NCBI GenBank assembly: GCA_963743525.1
Contig: CAVUQH010000005.1
Location: 32,001-96,000, forward strand
Direction of reading: 5' to 3'
Source of the DNA: an uncultured delta proteobacterium
Lineage (GTDB): Bacteria > Myxococcota_A > Polyangia > Haliangiales > Haliangiaceae
Length of the DNA: 64,000 nt
Part shown: one piece after another, positions 1-22,610 of the stretch
Layout: every line of letters starts with the position of its first letter
Numbering within the stretch: position 1 is the first letter of the stretch
The notes under the pieces: generated by a model
Seen by the model: only the letters and a program-made list of their open reading frames with translations
What the model was told of the DNA's origin: nothing
Database searches by the model: none
Position numbers and translations under genes: made by a program

Positions 1-273
1 GACCTGATCATCCCGGTGGTGATCACGGCCTACACCGACCGCAGCTTCACCTTCATCACCAAGACGCCGCCGGCGGCGGTGCTGCTGAAGAAGGCGGCCA
101 AGCTGGACAAGGGCTCGGGCGAGCCCAACAAGGTCAAGGTCGGCCAGGTCAGCAAGGACCAGATCCGCGAGATCGCGGAGCTCAAGATGCCCGACCTCAA
201 CACCACCGACGTCGAAGCGGCGATGCGCTCCATCGAGGGCACCGCCCGGTCGATGGGGCTCGAGGTCAGATAA
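1..273 (+). CDS. rplK: 50S ribosomal protein L11 (5' end outside window)
   Basis: [23 protein letters not shown]...KMPDLN...IEGTARSMG; directly upstream of rplA. Confidence 0.98.
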   Translation, partial: DLIIPVVITAYTDRSFTFITKTPPAAVLLKKAAKLDKGSGEPNKVKVGQVSKDQIREIAELKMPDLNTTDVEAAMRSIEGTARSMGLEVR

Positions 274-310
274 CTCAAAACCACGTCCGCTCCGGCGGCA
301 ACCGTGACGG

Positions 311-343
311 CTGGGAGCCCGCAGACACGGGCGCTCGTACCAG
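311..343 (+). promoter_or_regulatory. Putative L1-binding autoregulatory RNA site
   Basis: CTGG-GA-GCCCG-cagaca-CGGGC-gctcgta-CCAG: two stems around an asymmetric GA-containing internal loop, in the rplK-rplA spacer where L1 operators occur in many phyla. Confidence 0.55.
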
Positions 344-361
344 GACGCGCGAGGTGAACCC

Positions 362-1072
<711 letters not shown>

Positions 1073-1100
1073 TAACCAAGGCAGCAGAGCAAGGCGCTCT

Positions 1101-1163
1101 GCCTGAGAAGCAGGCAGCACCGAGACGCTTCAATTGCCCGCCCGGCGGGTGGCCTGCGGAGGC
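1101..1163 (+). promoter_or_regulatory. L10 leader (L10-L12 autoregulatory RNA)
   Basis: gcctGAGAAGCAGGc...ttcaat...gCCTGCGGAGGc resembles the L10-leader kink-turn core; lies just upstream of the rplJ ATG. Confidence 0.7.
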
Positions 1164-1172
1164 AAGCAACCA

Positions 1173-1697
1173 ATGGACAGAACGCAAAAAGAACTAGTCA
1201 TCGGCGAGATCAAGGAGAGCTTCGCCGGCGTCACTAGCGTCGTCTTGGCCGACTATCGCGGACTCGATGTCCCGACCGTCACCGAGATGCGCCATGAGTT
1301 CGCCAAGGCGGGGTGCAGCTACCGGGTGCTCAAGAACACCCTGGTAAAGATCGCCATTCAGGGCACGGAGCTCGAGCCGATGTCGGCCTACCTAGCGGGG
1401 CCGACCGCGCTCATCTGGTCAACGGATTCGCCGTCGGCTCCGGCCAAGTTGGCGGTCAAGTACGCAAAAGAGCAGGAACACTTCGTCATCAAGGGCGGCT
1501 TCTTCGAGGGGTCGGCCATTGATCTGGCGGGTGTAACGCAGCTGTCGACCATGCCGGACAAGCCGGAGCTTCAGTCGACCCTGCTCATGACCTTCATCGC
1601 CGCACCGACTGATTTCGTTCGTCAGCTCGCCGCGGGTCCGCAGCAGTTCGTGTATCTGCTCGACGCCCGCAAGCGAGAGCTCGAAGCCCAGGGCTGA
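1173..1697 (+). CDS. rplJ: 50S ribosomal protein L10
   Basis: ATG at 1173 (MDRTQKE); DYRGLDV, RVLKNTL, GPTAL motifs. Confidence 0.97.
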   Translation: MDRTQKELVIGEIKESFAGVTSVVLADYRGLDVPTVTEMRHEFAKAGCSYRVLKNTLVKIAIQGTELEPMSAYLAGPTALIWSTDSPSAPAKLAVKYAKEQEHFVIKGGFFEGSAIDLAGVTQLSTMPDKPELQSTLLMTFIAAPTDFVRQLAAGPQQFVYLLDARKRELEAQG

Positions 1698-1760
1698 GCC
1701 CAGGGGAAACCCCAACCGTCACTCATTCAGCGAATCGCGCATACGTTCAGGAGAAAGAAA

Positions 1761-2138
1761 ATGGCAGAGCTTACTCAGGATCAGGTTGTCGAATACCTCA
1801 GCGGTCTCACGGTCATGCAGCTCGTCGAGCTGACCAAGGGCCTCGAGGACAAGTGGGGCGTCAAGGCGGCTCCGGCCGTGGTTGCCGGTGGTCCGGCTGC
1901 CCCGGCGGCCGAGGCGGCTGCCGAGCAGACCGAGTTCACCGTCGTGCTCAAGAGCTTCGGCGACAAGAAGATCCAGGTCATCAAGGCGGTCCGCGAGATC
2001 ACCGGCCTGGGCCTCAAGGAGGCCAAGGAGCTGGTCGAGGGCGCCCCCAAGGACGTCAAGGAGAACGTCTCCAAGGCCGAGGCCGAGGAGCTCTCCAAGA
2101 AGCTCAAGGAAGCGGGCGCAGACGTCGAGATCAAGTAA
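1761..2138 (+). CDS. rplL: 50S ribosomal protein L7/L12
   Basis: [28 protein letters not shown]. Confidence 0.99.
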   Translation: MAELTQDQVVEYLSGLTVMQLVELTKGLEDKWGVKAAPAVVAGGPAAPAAEAAAEQTEFTVVLKSFGDKKIQVIKAVREITGLGLKEAKELVEGAPKDVKENVSKAEAEELSKKLKEAGADVEIK

Positions 2139-2349
2139 AGAGTCGGAGCAGATTCCGATCTTCGCTCCAGCGTACACGTTCCATCGCGACGGCGTTTCCA
2201 CGCCGAACGGGGGACGTGTGCGCGGAGCTGAGATGGGCCCAAGGCCTATCGATAGGCTCGTCCGCTCGAGCACGGACTTGTCGCGCGGCCCGGCATTGGG
2301 AGAGGTGCATCCTCTCCCTTCACCCATTTCTCAGAGGTGAGCTGAACTC

Positions 2350-6567
<4,218 letters not shown>

Positions 6568-6627
6568 GCGTCGCCTTCCGGGTAGTCAGAAGGACTCGCT
6601 CACAACGCAGAGCTATAGGGAGTCAAC

Positions 6628-10815
<4,188 letters not shown>

Positions 10816-10837
10816 CGCCTACATGTCGCTATGAGCG

Positions 10838-10872
10838 AAAGGCCCGGGGTGACACGCCCTGGGCCTTTTTTT
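10838..10872 (+). terminator. Intrinsic terminator after rpoC
   Basis: AAAGGCCCGGGG-tgacacg-CCCTGGGCCTTTTTTT hairpin plus U-tract. Confidence 0.9.
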
Positions 10873-10963
10873 CGTTTCGCACCGGACGGCTCCCGTCGTG
10901 ACCAGCACCACTCGGACGTAACCTCGCGTCGCCGTCGCGGGTATGACACACAGGGGCGCTTCC

Positions 10964-10992
10964 TTGACGATTGGCCAAACGCACGGGAAAAT
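10964..10992 (+). promoter_or_regulatory. Putative sigma70-type promoter for the kinase module
   Basis: TTGACG-N17-GAAAAT; GGGGAG RBS precedes GTG at 11025. Confidence 0.45.
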
Positions 10993-11024
10993 CTCCACAT
11001 GACGGGACGTTGGGGAGCCTGCGT

Positions 11025-12635
11025 GTGACCGGCGATACCGGCGGCCCTACGGGAGAACAAGGCGTCACTCCGATCGGGGCAGACGATCCGGATCTCGAGC
11101 CTGGCCAGCAAGTCGGTGAGTACGTCGTCGAGAAGAAGATCGGCGAGGGTGGTTTCGGCACCGTCTTCAAAGCCGACCACCCGCTGATCGGCAAACAGGT
11201 GGCGATCAAAGTGCTGAGCCGCCAGTACTCGGCACAGGCCGAGATGGTGTCGCGGTTCGTCTCCGAAGCGCGGGCAGTCAACCAGATCCGTCACCGCAAC
11301 ATCATCGACATCTTCTCGTTCGGCCAGCTCGACGACGGTCGCGCCTACTACATCATGGAGTTCCTCGACGGGCTGCCGCTCGACGAGTTCCTCGACCAGC
11401 GCGGCCGCCTGACCATGGGCGAGGCGATCCCGATCCTCCGCGCGGTGGCCCGGGCGCTGGACGCGGCCCACGCCAAAGGGATCGCCCACCGCGACCTGAA
11501 ACCGGAAAACATCTTCCTGGGCCGGGATGACGACGGCAGTCTGTTCCCCAAGCTGCTCGACTTCGGCATTGCCAAGCTGCTCCACGGCGACAACCCGACC
11601 AAGCACAAGACCCGGACCGGCGCGCCAATCGGCACGCCGTACTACATGTCCCCGGAGCAGTGCCGCGGTCGCGAGGTCGATCACCGGACCGACATCTACG
11701 CCTTTGGCGTGATGACCTACCGGATGTTGACCGGTGTCCTGCCGTTCGACGGCGAGGACTACATGGAGATCCTCATGGCGCAGATCCAGAAGCAGGCTGC
11801 GCCGCCGTCGACCTACGTGTCCGATCTTCCGCCCAGCGTCGACGAGGGGATCGCCTGGATGCTGCGCAAGGATCCGGCCGAGCGCCCACCCAACCTGGTC
11901 ACCGCGGTGCGCGCGCTGGAAGACGCAGCCGCGCAAGCCGGCATCCCGGTTCCCGCCGGGCCCGAGCCCAGTGGCGTCTACGCCGCCTCGACCGGCTCGG
12001 TGGTGTCGCAGTTGACGCCGTCGCGGGTCACGCCGCTGCCCCGCGACAGCAGCCTGGGAACGGCGCCGACGATGGCCTCGGACGAGCTCACCGCCGAGGG
12101 GGCGCCGATCGACGAGCGGCCCAACAAGGTGTTGCTCATCGGCGGCTCGCTGCTCGGCGCCGTCGCGGTCGGCACGGTGGTGTTCCTGCTCCTGCACAAG
12201 TCCAAGGTCGAGACGTCCGCGGGCAACACGCAACCGACGCCCGCCGTGGTCGCCCCGCAGCCGCCGGCGCCGCCGCCCCCGCAACCGGCGGTGGTGCCGC
12301 CCGATGCCGCGCCGGCCGAGCCGCCGGCACCGGAGCTGGTGACGATCCATCTGGATGGGGCTCCCGACGGCGCCGAGGTGTTCGTCGCCGGCAAGCTGGT
12401 CGGCCTGGCTCCGGAAATTCAGCTCGAGCGCGGCGATCAGCCGCTGCTGTTGACCCTGCGCGCCGACGGCTATCGGCCGGCGACGAAGAAGGTACGCCCG
12501 GTGGCGGACAAGACCGTCACGGTGAAGATGCGGGCCAAGCGGGGAGGGCACCGCCCGCGCAACGGCAAGGACGGCAAAGACGGCAAGGATGGCCGTGACC
12601 GCCGCAACACGCTCGAGGATCCGTTCGCGAAATAG
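11025..12635 (+). CDS. Membrane Ser/Thr (Hanks) protein kinase with TM helix and C-terminal PEGA-like domain
   Basis: IGEGGFGTV, VAIK, HRDLKPEN, DFG, GTPYYMSPEQ; TM VLLIGGSLLGAVAVGTVVFLLL; Pro-rich linker; start chosen at RBS-preceded GTG (ORF opens at 10971). Confidence 0.93.
   Translation: MTGDTGGPTGEQGVTPIGADDPDLEPGQQVGEYVVEKKIGEGGFGTVFKADHPLIGKQVAIKVLSRQYSAQAEMVSRFVSEARAVNQIRHRNIIDIFSFGQLDDGRAYYIMEFLDGLPLDEFLDQRGRLTMGEAIPILRAVARALDAAHAKGIAHRDLKPENIFLGRDDDGSLFPKLLDFGIAKLLHGDNPTKHKTRTGAPIGTPYYMSPEQCRGREVDHRTDIYAFGVMTYRMLTGVLPFDGEDYMEILMAQIQKQAAPPSTYVSDLPPSVDEGIAWMLRKDPAERPPNLVTAVRALEDAAAQAGIPVPAGPEPSGVYAASTGSVVSQLTPSRVTPLPRDSSLGTAPTMASDELTAEGAPIDERPNKVLLIGGSLLGAVAVGTVVFLLLHKSKVETSAGNTQPTPAVVAPQPPAPPPPQPAVVPPDAAPAEPPAPELVTIHLDGAPDGAEVFVAGKLVGLAPEIQLERGDQPLLLTLRADGYRPATKKVRPVADKTVTVKMRAKRGGHRPRNGKDGKDGKDGRDRRNTLEDPFAK
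12564..12599 (+). repeat. In-frame 9-bp tandem repeat (GKD-GKD-GKD-GRD)
   Basis: ggcaaggac ggcaaagac ggcaaggat ggccgtgac. Confidence 0.7.
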
Positions 12636-12661
12636 AACCTAGCTTGGTCGAGGGGGACGAT

Positions 12662-15358
12662 ATGCAAACGCGCCGGCTGACGGCGCCGGGGCTGGCCGTG
12701 GTCGTGACCGCGGCTGCGCTGGCGGCCACGGCATGTACCACGCTGCCCAACGTCGATGCCGAGGGCTGCGGCAACCTGGTAGTCAACGCCAACGAAGATT
12801 GCGACGGCTTCGGTGACCTGGGCGACGGCACCCAGTGTGGCGCGCCCAACACCGACAACGCCTGCTTCTTCATCTGCGACGATCAAGGCGCGGTCTGCCC
12901 CGACGGATGGGGCTGCGGCGCCGACGGTCGCTGCCGCCGCCCGTCGGGCAGCTTCGAGGCGGGGCCCGGGTCGCCCTGGCGCTTCCCCGTCGGTGACTTC
13001 GCGATCGGCGACGTTGACGGCGACGGGTTCCAGGACCTGGTCGGCAACGAAGAGCAGGAGCTCACCGTCCGTTTCGGCTCCGAGACCGGCGAGCTGGCCA
13101 GCGAAGCCGACCTGCTCACCCGCGAGCCGCAGGGCCCGGTGACCTTCGGCCAGTTCGACGAAGACGGCCTGATGGACGTGCTGGTGCCGATCAACGGCGG
13201 CCTGTTCGTCATGCGCGGCGACAGCAGCCGCACCCTGGAGCCGGTCGCCTATTCGCCGATCGAGATCGAGGTGCCACCGGGCGGCGCCAAGCTGTTCCCG
13301 GTCGAGTCCGACGGCGGCGCCAATCTCAACACCGAGATGGTCGTCGTCGCCGGCGGCGGGATGCAGTTCATCGGCTCCACGGTGTCGACGACCACCTTGC
13401 CCAGCGCCTGCGGCGGCAACCCGTGCACGGTCACCGACATCGCCGGCTCCGTGCCGGTCGCCGATGTCAACGGTGATCCAATCCGCTCGGAGTTCGCGCT
13501 CGCCTTTCGCGGCGCCACCAGCGTCTACGTCTACACCAGCACCGGTATTCCCAAGGACAACGATCTCCAGCCGACGCTGCTGGCCGAGGTGCCGCTGGGC
13601 ATCGGGCTCAAGGTCGATCTCGGCGCCTACCTGACCGACGTCGACGGCGACGGCGACGCCGATCTGATGGTGTCGGTGCGCAACGCCACCAACCACCCGA
13701 AGGTCGCCGTGGCCCTCAACCTGGGCGGCGGCAGCTTCGGCACGGCCAACGCCCGGGCCGTGTTCGATCGCGGCACCAGCGGCGACGCCACCTGGCCGAT
13801 CGCCGTCGGCAACCTGGCCGGCGACGACAAGGCCGACTACGTCTTCCCCGACTTCATCGCCATCAGCGACTACGGCATCAACAACCCGCTGGCGGTTCCG
13901 CTGACTCTGACGCCGACGCAGTTCATCACCAACGAGAGCTGGTCCGAGGCGGTGATCGGCGACTTCAACGGCGACGGCGTCAATGACGCGGCGACCACCA
14001 TCGAGGGGCGGGACGGCCTCGACGTGTTCCTCAATGCGCCGACCGTGGACATGCTCGGTCGCCCGGTGGGCACGGGCATCTTCAACAAGTTCCACATCGA
14101 CACTACCGACCCGCCGCGCAACTTGCGCGCCGCCGACTTCGACGGCGACTTCGTCGGCGACATCGCCTTTGCCGAGCTCGGCTTCGGCTCCAAGCCGGAC
14201 GCCGTGTCGGTGGTGTTCGGCAACACCTCGGGTGGACCGACGACGCCCGTACACATGGGCACCATGGGCTTCGTCGAGGTGCTCGAGCCGATCTCCAGCG
14301 TCGTCGGTCTCGAAGGCATCGACGCCATCACCGATCTGTTCGTGCTGTCGTCGTCGTTCCCCGACCGCAGCAGCACGTCGGTGGCGCTGCTCCAGGGCTC
14401 GTCGTCGCGGCGCATGCTGTCGCCGTTCACCCTGCAGCCGGCCGCCAACGTCGATCCGGATGTGCCGCGTTCGGCGTTGTTCGGCCACTTCAGCCCCAAC
14501 GACGACGAGTTCCGCGACATCGTCGCCATCAGCGACGCGGCCCTGGTCTTCGACCAGAACAGCACCGCGGACAAGGTCTCGCACGTGTGGATGGTGCCGG
14601 GGGCCGCGGGCGGTCAGCTCGATGCCTCGGGGGCCGACTTCGTCGAGCTGCCTGCCTACACCGCCTTCGACACCAGCTGCGCGGTATGGGCCAGTGGCGA
14701 CCTCGACGGCGACGGTCGCGACGAGATCGTCGGTATCGACAACTCCAGTCGCTGCTACGGCACCGGCTTCTCGCCGGCGCCACGGATGTCCGTGGTCCAT
14801 GCGGTCGGCGGCGGCACCACGCCGTTCGACACCGTGGTCAGCGACCTGGGCACCGACGCCCGCGCGGTGGTGCGCCTGCAGCTGACCGATCTGGACGGCG
14901 ACGGCGACCTCGATCTGCTGGCGCTGTTCGCCGGCGAGGCGCGCGGCAGCGAGCTCGACCCGACCACCCCGGTGCAGGGCGCCGCGGTCGCCGTGATCTG
15001 GAACAACGACGGCACGCTGTCACCCAGCGCGGTGTTAACGGTGGTCTTCGACAAGGGCCGCCGCTTCTTCGACGTCGCGCCGATCCGGATCGACGACTCG
15101 GGCATTCCGGCGCTGGCGATCCTGGCCACCGGGGGCGTCTTCTCCGCGACCCTGGACCCTGACACCAAGACCTACGGCGCACCGGTGGCGCTGTTCCCGC
15201 AGCAGGGCGAAGGCCAGCTGGAAGTGGGCGACCTCAACGCCGACGGCCTCGACGACATCGCCTTTACCGTCGCCGACGACGTCAACATCATGCTCGCGCA
15301 GCCGGGCGTCAGCCGCGGCGAAGAGATGGCCAGCGGCACCCAGGGAGGAGGCCAGTGA
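12662..15358 (+). CDS. Lipoprotein with Cys-rich N-terminus and FG-GAP/VCBS repeats
   Basis: Lipobox ALAATAC; CGNLVVNANEDCD myxobacterial Cys-rich motif; many GDxDGDG repeats. Confidence 0.85.
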   Translation: MQTRRLTAPGLAVVVTAAALAATACTTLPNVDAEGCGNLVVNANEDCDGFGDLGDGTQCGAPNTDNACFFICDDQGAVCPDGWGCGADGRCRRPSGSFEAGPGSPWRFPVGDFAIGDVDGDGFQDLVGNEEQELTVRFGSETGELASEADLLTREPQGPVTFGQFDEDGLMDVLVPINGGLFVMRGDSSRTLEPVAYSPIEIEVPPGGAKLFPVESDGGANLNTEMVVVAGGGMQFIGSTVSTTTLPSACGGNPCTVTDIAGSVPVADVNGDPIRSEFALAFRGATSVYVYTSTGIPKDNDLQPTLLAEVPLGIGLKVDLGAYLTDVDGDGDADLMVSVRNATNHPKVAVALNLGGGSFGTANARAVFDRGTSGDATWPIAVGNLAGDDKADYVFPDFIAISDYGINNPLAVPLTLTPTQFITNESWSEAVIGDFNGDGVNDAATTIEGRDGLDVFLNAPTVDMLGRPVGTGIFNKFHIDTTDPPRNLRAADFDGDFVGDIAFAELGFGSKPDAVSVVFGNTSGGPTTPVHMGTMGFVEVLEPISSVVGLEGIDAITDLFVLSSSFPDRSSTSVALLQGSSSRRMLSPFTLQPAANVDPDVPRSALFGHFSPNDDEFRDIVAISDAALVFDQNSTADKVSHVWMVPGAAGGQLDASGADFVELPAYTAFDTSCAVWASGDLDGDGRDEIVGIDNSSRCYGTGFSPAPRMSVVHAVGGGTTPFDTVVSDLGTDARAVVRLQLTDLDGDGDLDLLALFAGEARGSELDPTTPVQGAAVAVIWNNDGTLSPSAVLTVVFDKGRRFFDVAPIRIDDSGIPALAILATGGVFSATLDPDTKTYGAPVALFPQQGEGQLEVGDLNADGLDDIAFTVADDVNIMLAQPGVSRGEEMASGTQGGGQ

Positions 15359-16581
15359 TGCGCAAGCTGGTGTTCGCGATCGTTCTTCTATTGGCCGCGC
15401 CGGCGCTGCCGATGGCGGCCCACGCGCAGAGCGCCAAGGACAAGGCCGCCGCCGAGAAGTTCTTCCGCGCCGGCGAGCGCGCGTACAAGGGCGGCCAGTA
15501 TTTGATGGCCGCGCAGGCGTTCGAGGAGGCGCTCAAGCGCTATCCCGTGCCGGCGATCATCTTCTCCACGGCGCAGGCCTATCGTCTGCAGTACTTCATC
15601 GACAAGGACCCCGGCTGGCTCAAGCGCGCCATCGAGCTGTACCGCCAGTACATCGACAAGGTGGCGCAAGGTGGTCGGCGCGACGATGCCACCGCCAGTC
15701 TGGCCGAGCTCGAGCCGATCCTGTCGCGTATCCAGGCCGAGCAGGCCGGACCGATCAAGACCCGCGAGTTCGAAGCGCAGACGCAGATCCTGGTCAACTC
15801 GCAGGTCGAAGGCGCACGCGCGACCATCGATGGCGACGGCGGCGAGGTGCCGCTGGTGCGCAAGGTGACCCCCGGCTCGCACAAGGTTCGCGTCGAGGCC
15901 AAAGGCTACTTCCCCGTCGAGCAGAGCGTCGCCGCGGTCGAAGGGCGCCTGCTGCCGATCGAGGTCGAGCTGAAGCCGATGCCGGCCAAGGTGAAGGTGC
16001 GTACCGAAAACGGTGCGCGGGTGTCGATCGACGGGCGCGCCTACGCGGGAGCGCTGTCGGGGCCGATATCGGTCGCCGCCGGAAAGCACTTCGTCAGTGT
16101 CAGCCGCAGCGGACGCCACGGCTGGGGTCGGGAGATCACGGTCAACCGCGGGCAAGAGGTCGACCTCGACGCGCACCTCGAGACCACGACCCAGCGCAAG
16201 GCGTCGTGGTGGGTGATGGGCGCGGCCGGCGCGGTCTACATCGCCGCCGGCGTCACCGGGGTGCAGGCGTTGCTGGCCAACAGCGATGCGTCGGATCTGA
16301 ACGACAAGCGGCAGAGCCAGGGCATCACGCCGGCGGAGCTGGTTCACTATCAAGATCTGCGCGCGCGACGCGACGCGCGCCTGCGCGACACCTACGTGCT
16401 CGCCGGTATCGGCAGCGCCATCGCGGTCACCGGCGTGCTGATGTACCTGTTCGACGAGCCGCAGGGCGAGATGCCGCCGATGTCGTCGGCCGGTGGAGCC
16501 CCCGCGGCCAAGACGGGCGTGTCCCTCAGCCCCGTGGTTGGCGGCACATTGTCCGGGCTGGTCCTGTCCGGTCAGTTCTGA
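15355..16581 (+). CDS. Secreted TPR + PEGA domain protein
   Basis: Signal peptide AHA|Q; TPR-like helices (AEKFFRAGERAYKGGQY...); PEGA-like repeats (VNSQVEGARATIDG, TENGARVSIDG); hydrophobic hairpin; ends GLVLSGQF; GTGA overlap with upstream stop. Confidence 0.8.
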   Translation: MMRKLVFAIVLLLAAPALPMAAHAQSAKDKAAAEKFFRAGERAYKGGQYLMAAQAFEEALKRYPVPAIIFSTAQAYRLQYFIDKDPGWLKRAIELYRQYIDKVAQGGRRDDATASLAELEPILSRIQAEQAGPIKTREFEAQTQILVNSQVEGARATIDGDGGEVPLVRKVTPGSHKVRVEAKGYFPVEQSVAAVEGRLLPIEVELKPMPAKVKVRTENGARVSIDGRAYAGALSGPISVAAGKHFVSVSRSGRHGWGREITVNRGQEVDLDAHLETTTQRKASWWVMGAAGAVYIAAGVTGVQALLANSDASDLNDKRQSQGITPAELVHYQDLRARRDARLRDTYVLAGIGSAIAVTGVLMYLFDEPQGEMPPMSSAGGAPAAKTGVSLSPVVGGTLSGLVLSGQF

Positions 16582-16646
16582 GCTAGCTCGGATCTGGACG
16601 GTCCGGCCTATGGCCGGTGGGGTGGTTCGGCGCTATGCTGCGGCAA

Positions 16647-17036
16647 ATGGCCATCAAGGCGCAGGGGCAGGCCGTCCCACTGACGATGCAGTTCGATAAG
16701 TTCTGGCAGTGGCTGCAGGCGCACTGCAACTGCATCCTCAGGGCCGGGACCCCGGACGTGGTGCTGTTCGACCACGACGATTTCCACTGGCACCTGGCCA
16801 GCGAGGACGAGTTCACGCAGCTCCTGCAGCTGGTTCGGGGCAAGGAGCTGGTCGGCGAGATCGTGGTTTTGTCCAGTGAAATCGCATATGTACAGTGCAA
16901 CCCACCGGAACACGACGAGTGGGTGTTCGAGTGCATCGTCGAGTCGGCCAACGCCCGGGAAGCCGCCTATCACTTCGTGATGGCTCACGAGTTCGACGGC
17001 GACGACGGCAACCCGACCCGCCGCTGGACCCACTGA
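16647..17036 (+). CDS. Hypothetical protein
   Basis: Good GC3 codon pattern, fills gap before rpsL promoter; start uncertain (ORF opens at 16617). Confidence 0.7.
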   Translation: MAIKAQGQAVPLTMQFDKFWQWLQAHCNCILRAGTPDVVLFDHDDFHWHLASEDEFTQLLQLVRGKELVGEIVVLSSEIAYVQCNPPEHDEWVFECIVESANAREAAYHFVMAHEFDGDDGNPTRRWTH

Positions 17037-17084
17037 ATCAGGGCGCCGATCGAGGCCCTCCCGGAGACAGTCGGGCGTTTGGCC

Positions 17085-17112
17085 TTGACAGTCCCGTGCA
17101 TATCCCTAGAAT
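17085..17112 (+). promoter_or_regulatory. sigma70 promoter of the str operon
   Basis: TTGACA-N16-TAGAAT about 50 nt upstream of rpsL. Confidence 0.75.
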
Positions 17113-17161
17113 GGCGCGGTTCTACGAGCCGAACCTTTAGTGATTTCGAACCGGTAGCAGA

Positions 17162-17533
<372 letters not shown>

Positions 17534-17545
17534 GGAGCCGACGCA

Positions 17546-18034
17546 ATGCCACGCAAGGGTGAAGTCCCCAAGCGCAAGCCGCTTCCGGATCCGAAGTTTA
17601 CCGACGCGCCCGACGAGACGCGCAAACGGATCACCAAGTTCATCAACGTCGTCATGCACGACGGCAAGAAGAGCACCGCCGAGCGCATCGTCTACGCCGC
17701 GCTCGACCTGGTCGCCGAGCGCGCCAAGGACGATCCTCTCAAGGTCTGGGAAAAGGCGCTGACCAACGTCCGCCCGCGGGTCGAGGTCAAGTCGCGCCGC
17801 GTCGGTGGCTCGAACTACCAGGTTCCGGTCGACGTCCGCCCCGAGCGGTCGCTGGCGCTGGGCATGCGCTGGCTGGTCAGCTACGCCCGCTCGCGCGGCG
17901 AGAAGACCATGGTCGACAAGCTGTGCAACGAGATCATCGACGCCTCGCAGAACCGCGGCTCCGCGGTCAAGAAGCGCGAAGACGTGCACAAGATGGCCGA
18001 GGCCAACAAGGCCTTCGCCCACTACCGCTGGTAA
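17546..18034 (+). CDS. rpsG: 30S ribosomal protein S7
   Basis: [28 protein letters not shown]. Confidence 0.99.
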   Translation: MPRKGEVPKRKPLPDPKFTDAPDETRKRITKFINVVMHDGKKSTAERIVYAALDLVAERAKDDPLKVWEKALTNVRPRVEVKSRRVGGSNYQVPVDVRPERSLALGMRWLVSYARSRGEKTMVDKLCNEIIDASQNRGSAVKKREDVHKMAEANKAFAHYRW

Positions 18035-18053
18035 GCGGACCCGAATCGAAGTC

Positions 18054-18279
18054 ACGGAGGTCGGAGAACAGGTAGTCGGACACCCAACGAGCTCGACAGG
18101 CGGCCGCACCCGACGGTGCCCGAACCAGCGAGCTCAGTGAGAAGCGGCCGCCACCACGACGGCGTGTTGGACCCCGCTTCCCCGAAGAGGTCCGTTCCTC
18201 TTCGCTGAGCTCGTTCTCCCTCCGTTCGCACATCGTCGTCGCCTGCCTGGGCTCGGGGCCCCGAACTCGCCTGAGTTCG
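18054..18279 (+). other. Highly structured rpsG-fusA intergenic RNA element (unassigned)
   Basis: Nested complementary segments read by eye (see findings). Confidence 0.5.
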
Positions 18280-18302
18280 ATCGAACCCGAGAGAGCTCTT
18301 AC

Positions 18303-20390
<2,088 letters not shown>

Positions 20391-20444
20391 CGGCTCACCC
20401 CCCCGCCCGGTTCGACGATCGACCGCAATCAAGGAGCTTTCGAG

Positions 20445-21641
<1,197 letters not shown>

Positions 21642-21650
21642 GAAAGACAA

Positions 21651-21956
<306 letters not shown>

Positions 21957-21967
21957 GGTCTCTCGTC

Positions 21968-22600
21968 ATGCAACTCGAAGTCAAGAACATCTCCGGCAAG
22001 AAGGCCGGGGACATCGAGCTCGACGACGCGGTCTTTGGGGCCGAGGTCCACGAGCATCTGCTGTGGGAGACGGTCAAGTGGCAGCTCGCCAAGCGGCGGG
22101 CCGGCACTGCTGCGACCAAGCTCCGCGGCTACGTCATCGGCGGACACGCCAAGCCGTTCAAGCAGAAGGGCACCGGCCGCGCTCGCCAGGGCTCGACCAA
22201 GTCGGCTCAGCACGTCGGCGGCGGCGTCATCTTTGGCCCGCAGCCGCGCAGCTACGACTATCCGCTGCCCAAGAAGGCGCGCAAGAAGGCGCTCCGCGCG
22301 GCACTGTCGCTCCGGGTCAAGGAGAACAAGCTCATCGTCCTGGACGCGTTCCCGGTCGAGGGTGGCAAGACCCGCAGCGTGACCGCCGCGCTCGAGAGCC
22401 TGGGCGTGGCCCAGCCGAGCACCAAGGTGCTGATCGTCGATTCCCAGGAGAACGGCGAGCTGGTCCGCGGCGTGCGCAACCTGCGCTCGTCCAAGTGGCT
22501 GGCGCCCGAGGGGCTCAACGTCTACGACGTGCTCAACCACGAGGCCCTGGTCATCACCTCGGCCATGGCCAAGCAGGTCGAGGACGCGCTGCGCCCGTAG
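21968..22600 (+). CDS. rplD: 50S ribosomal protein L4
   Basis: [25 protein letters not shown]. Confidence 0.98.
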   Translation: MQLEVKNISGKKAGDIELDDAVFGAEVHEHLLWETVKWQLAKRRAGTAATKLRGYVIGGHAKPFKQKGTGRARQGSTKSAQHVGGGVIFGPQPRSYDYPLPKKARKKALRAALSLRVKENKLIVLDAFPVEGGKTRSVTAALESLGVAQPSTKVLIVDSQENGELVRGVRNLRSSKWLAPEGLNVYDVLNHEALVITSAMAKQVEDALRP

Positions 22601-22610
22601 GAGCCTAACC

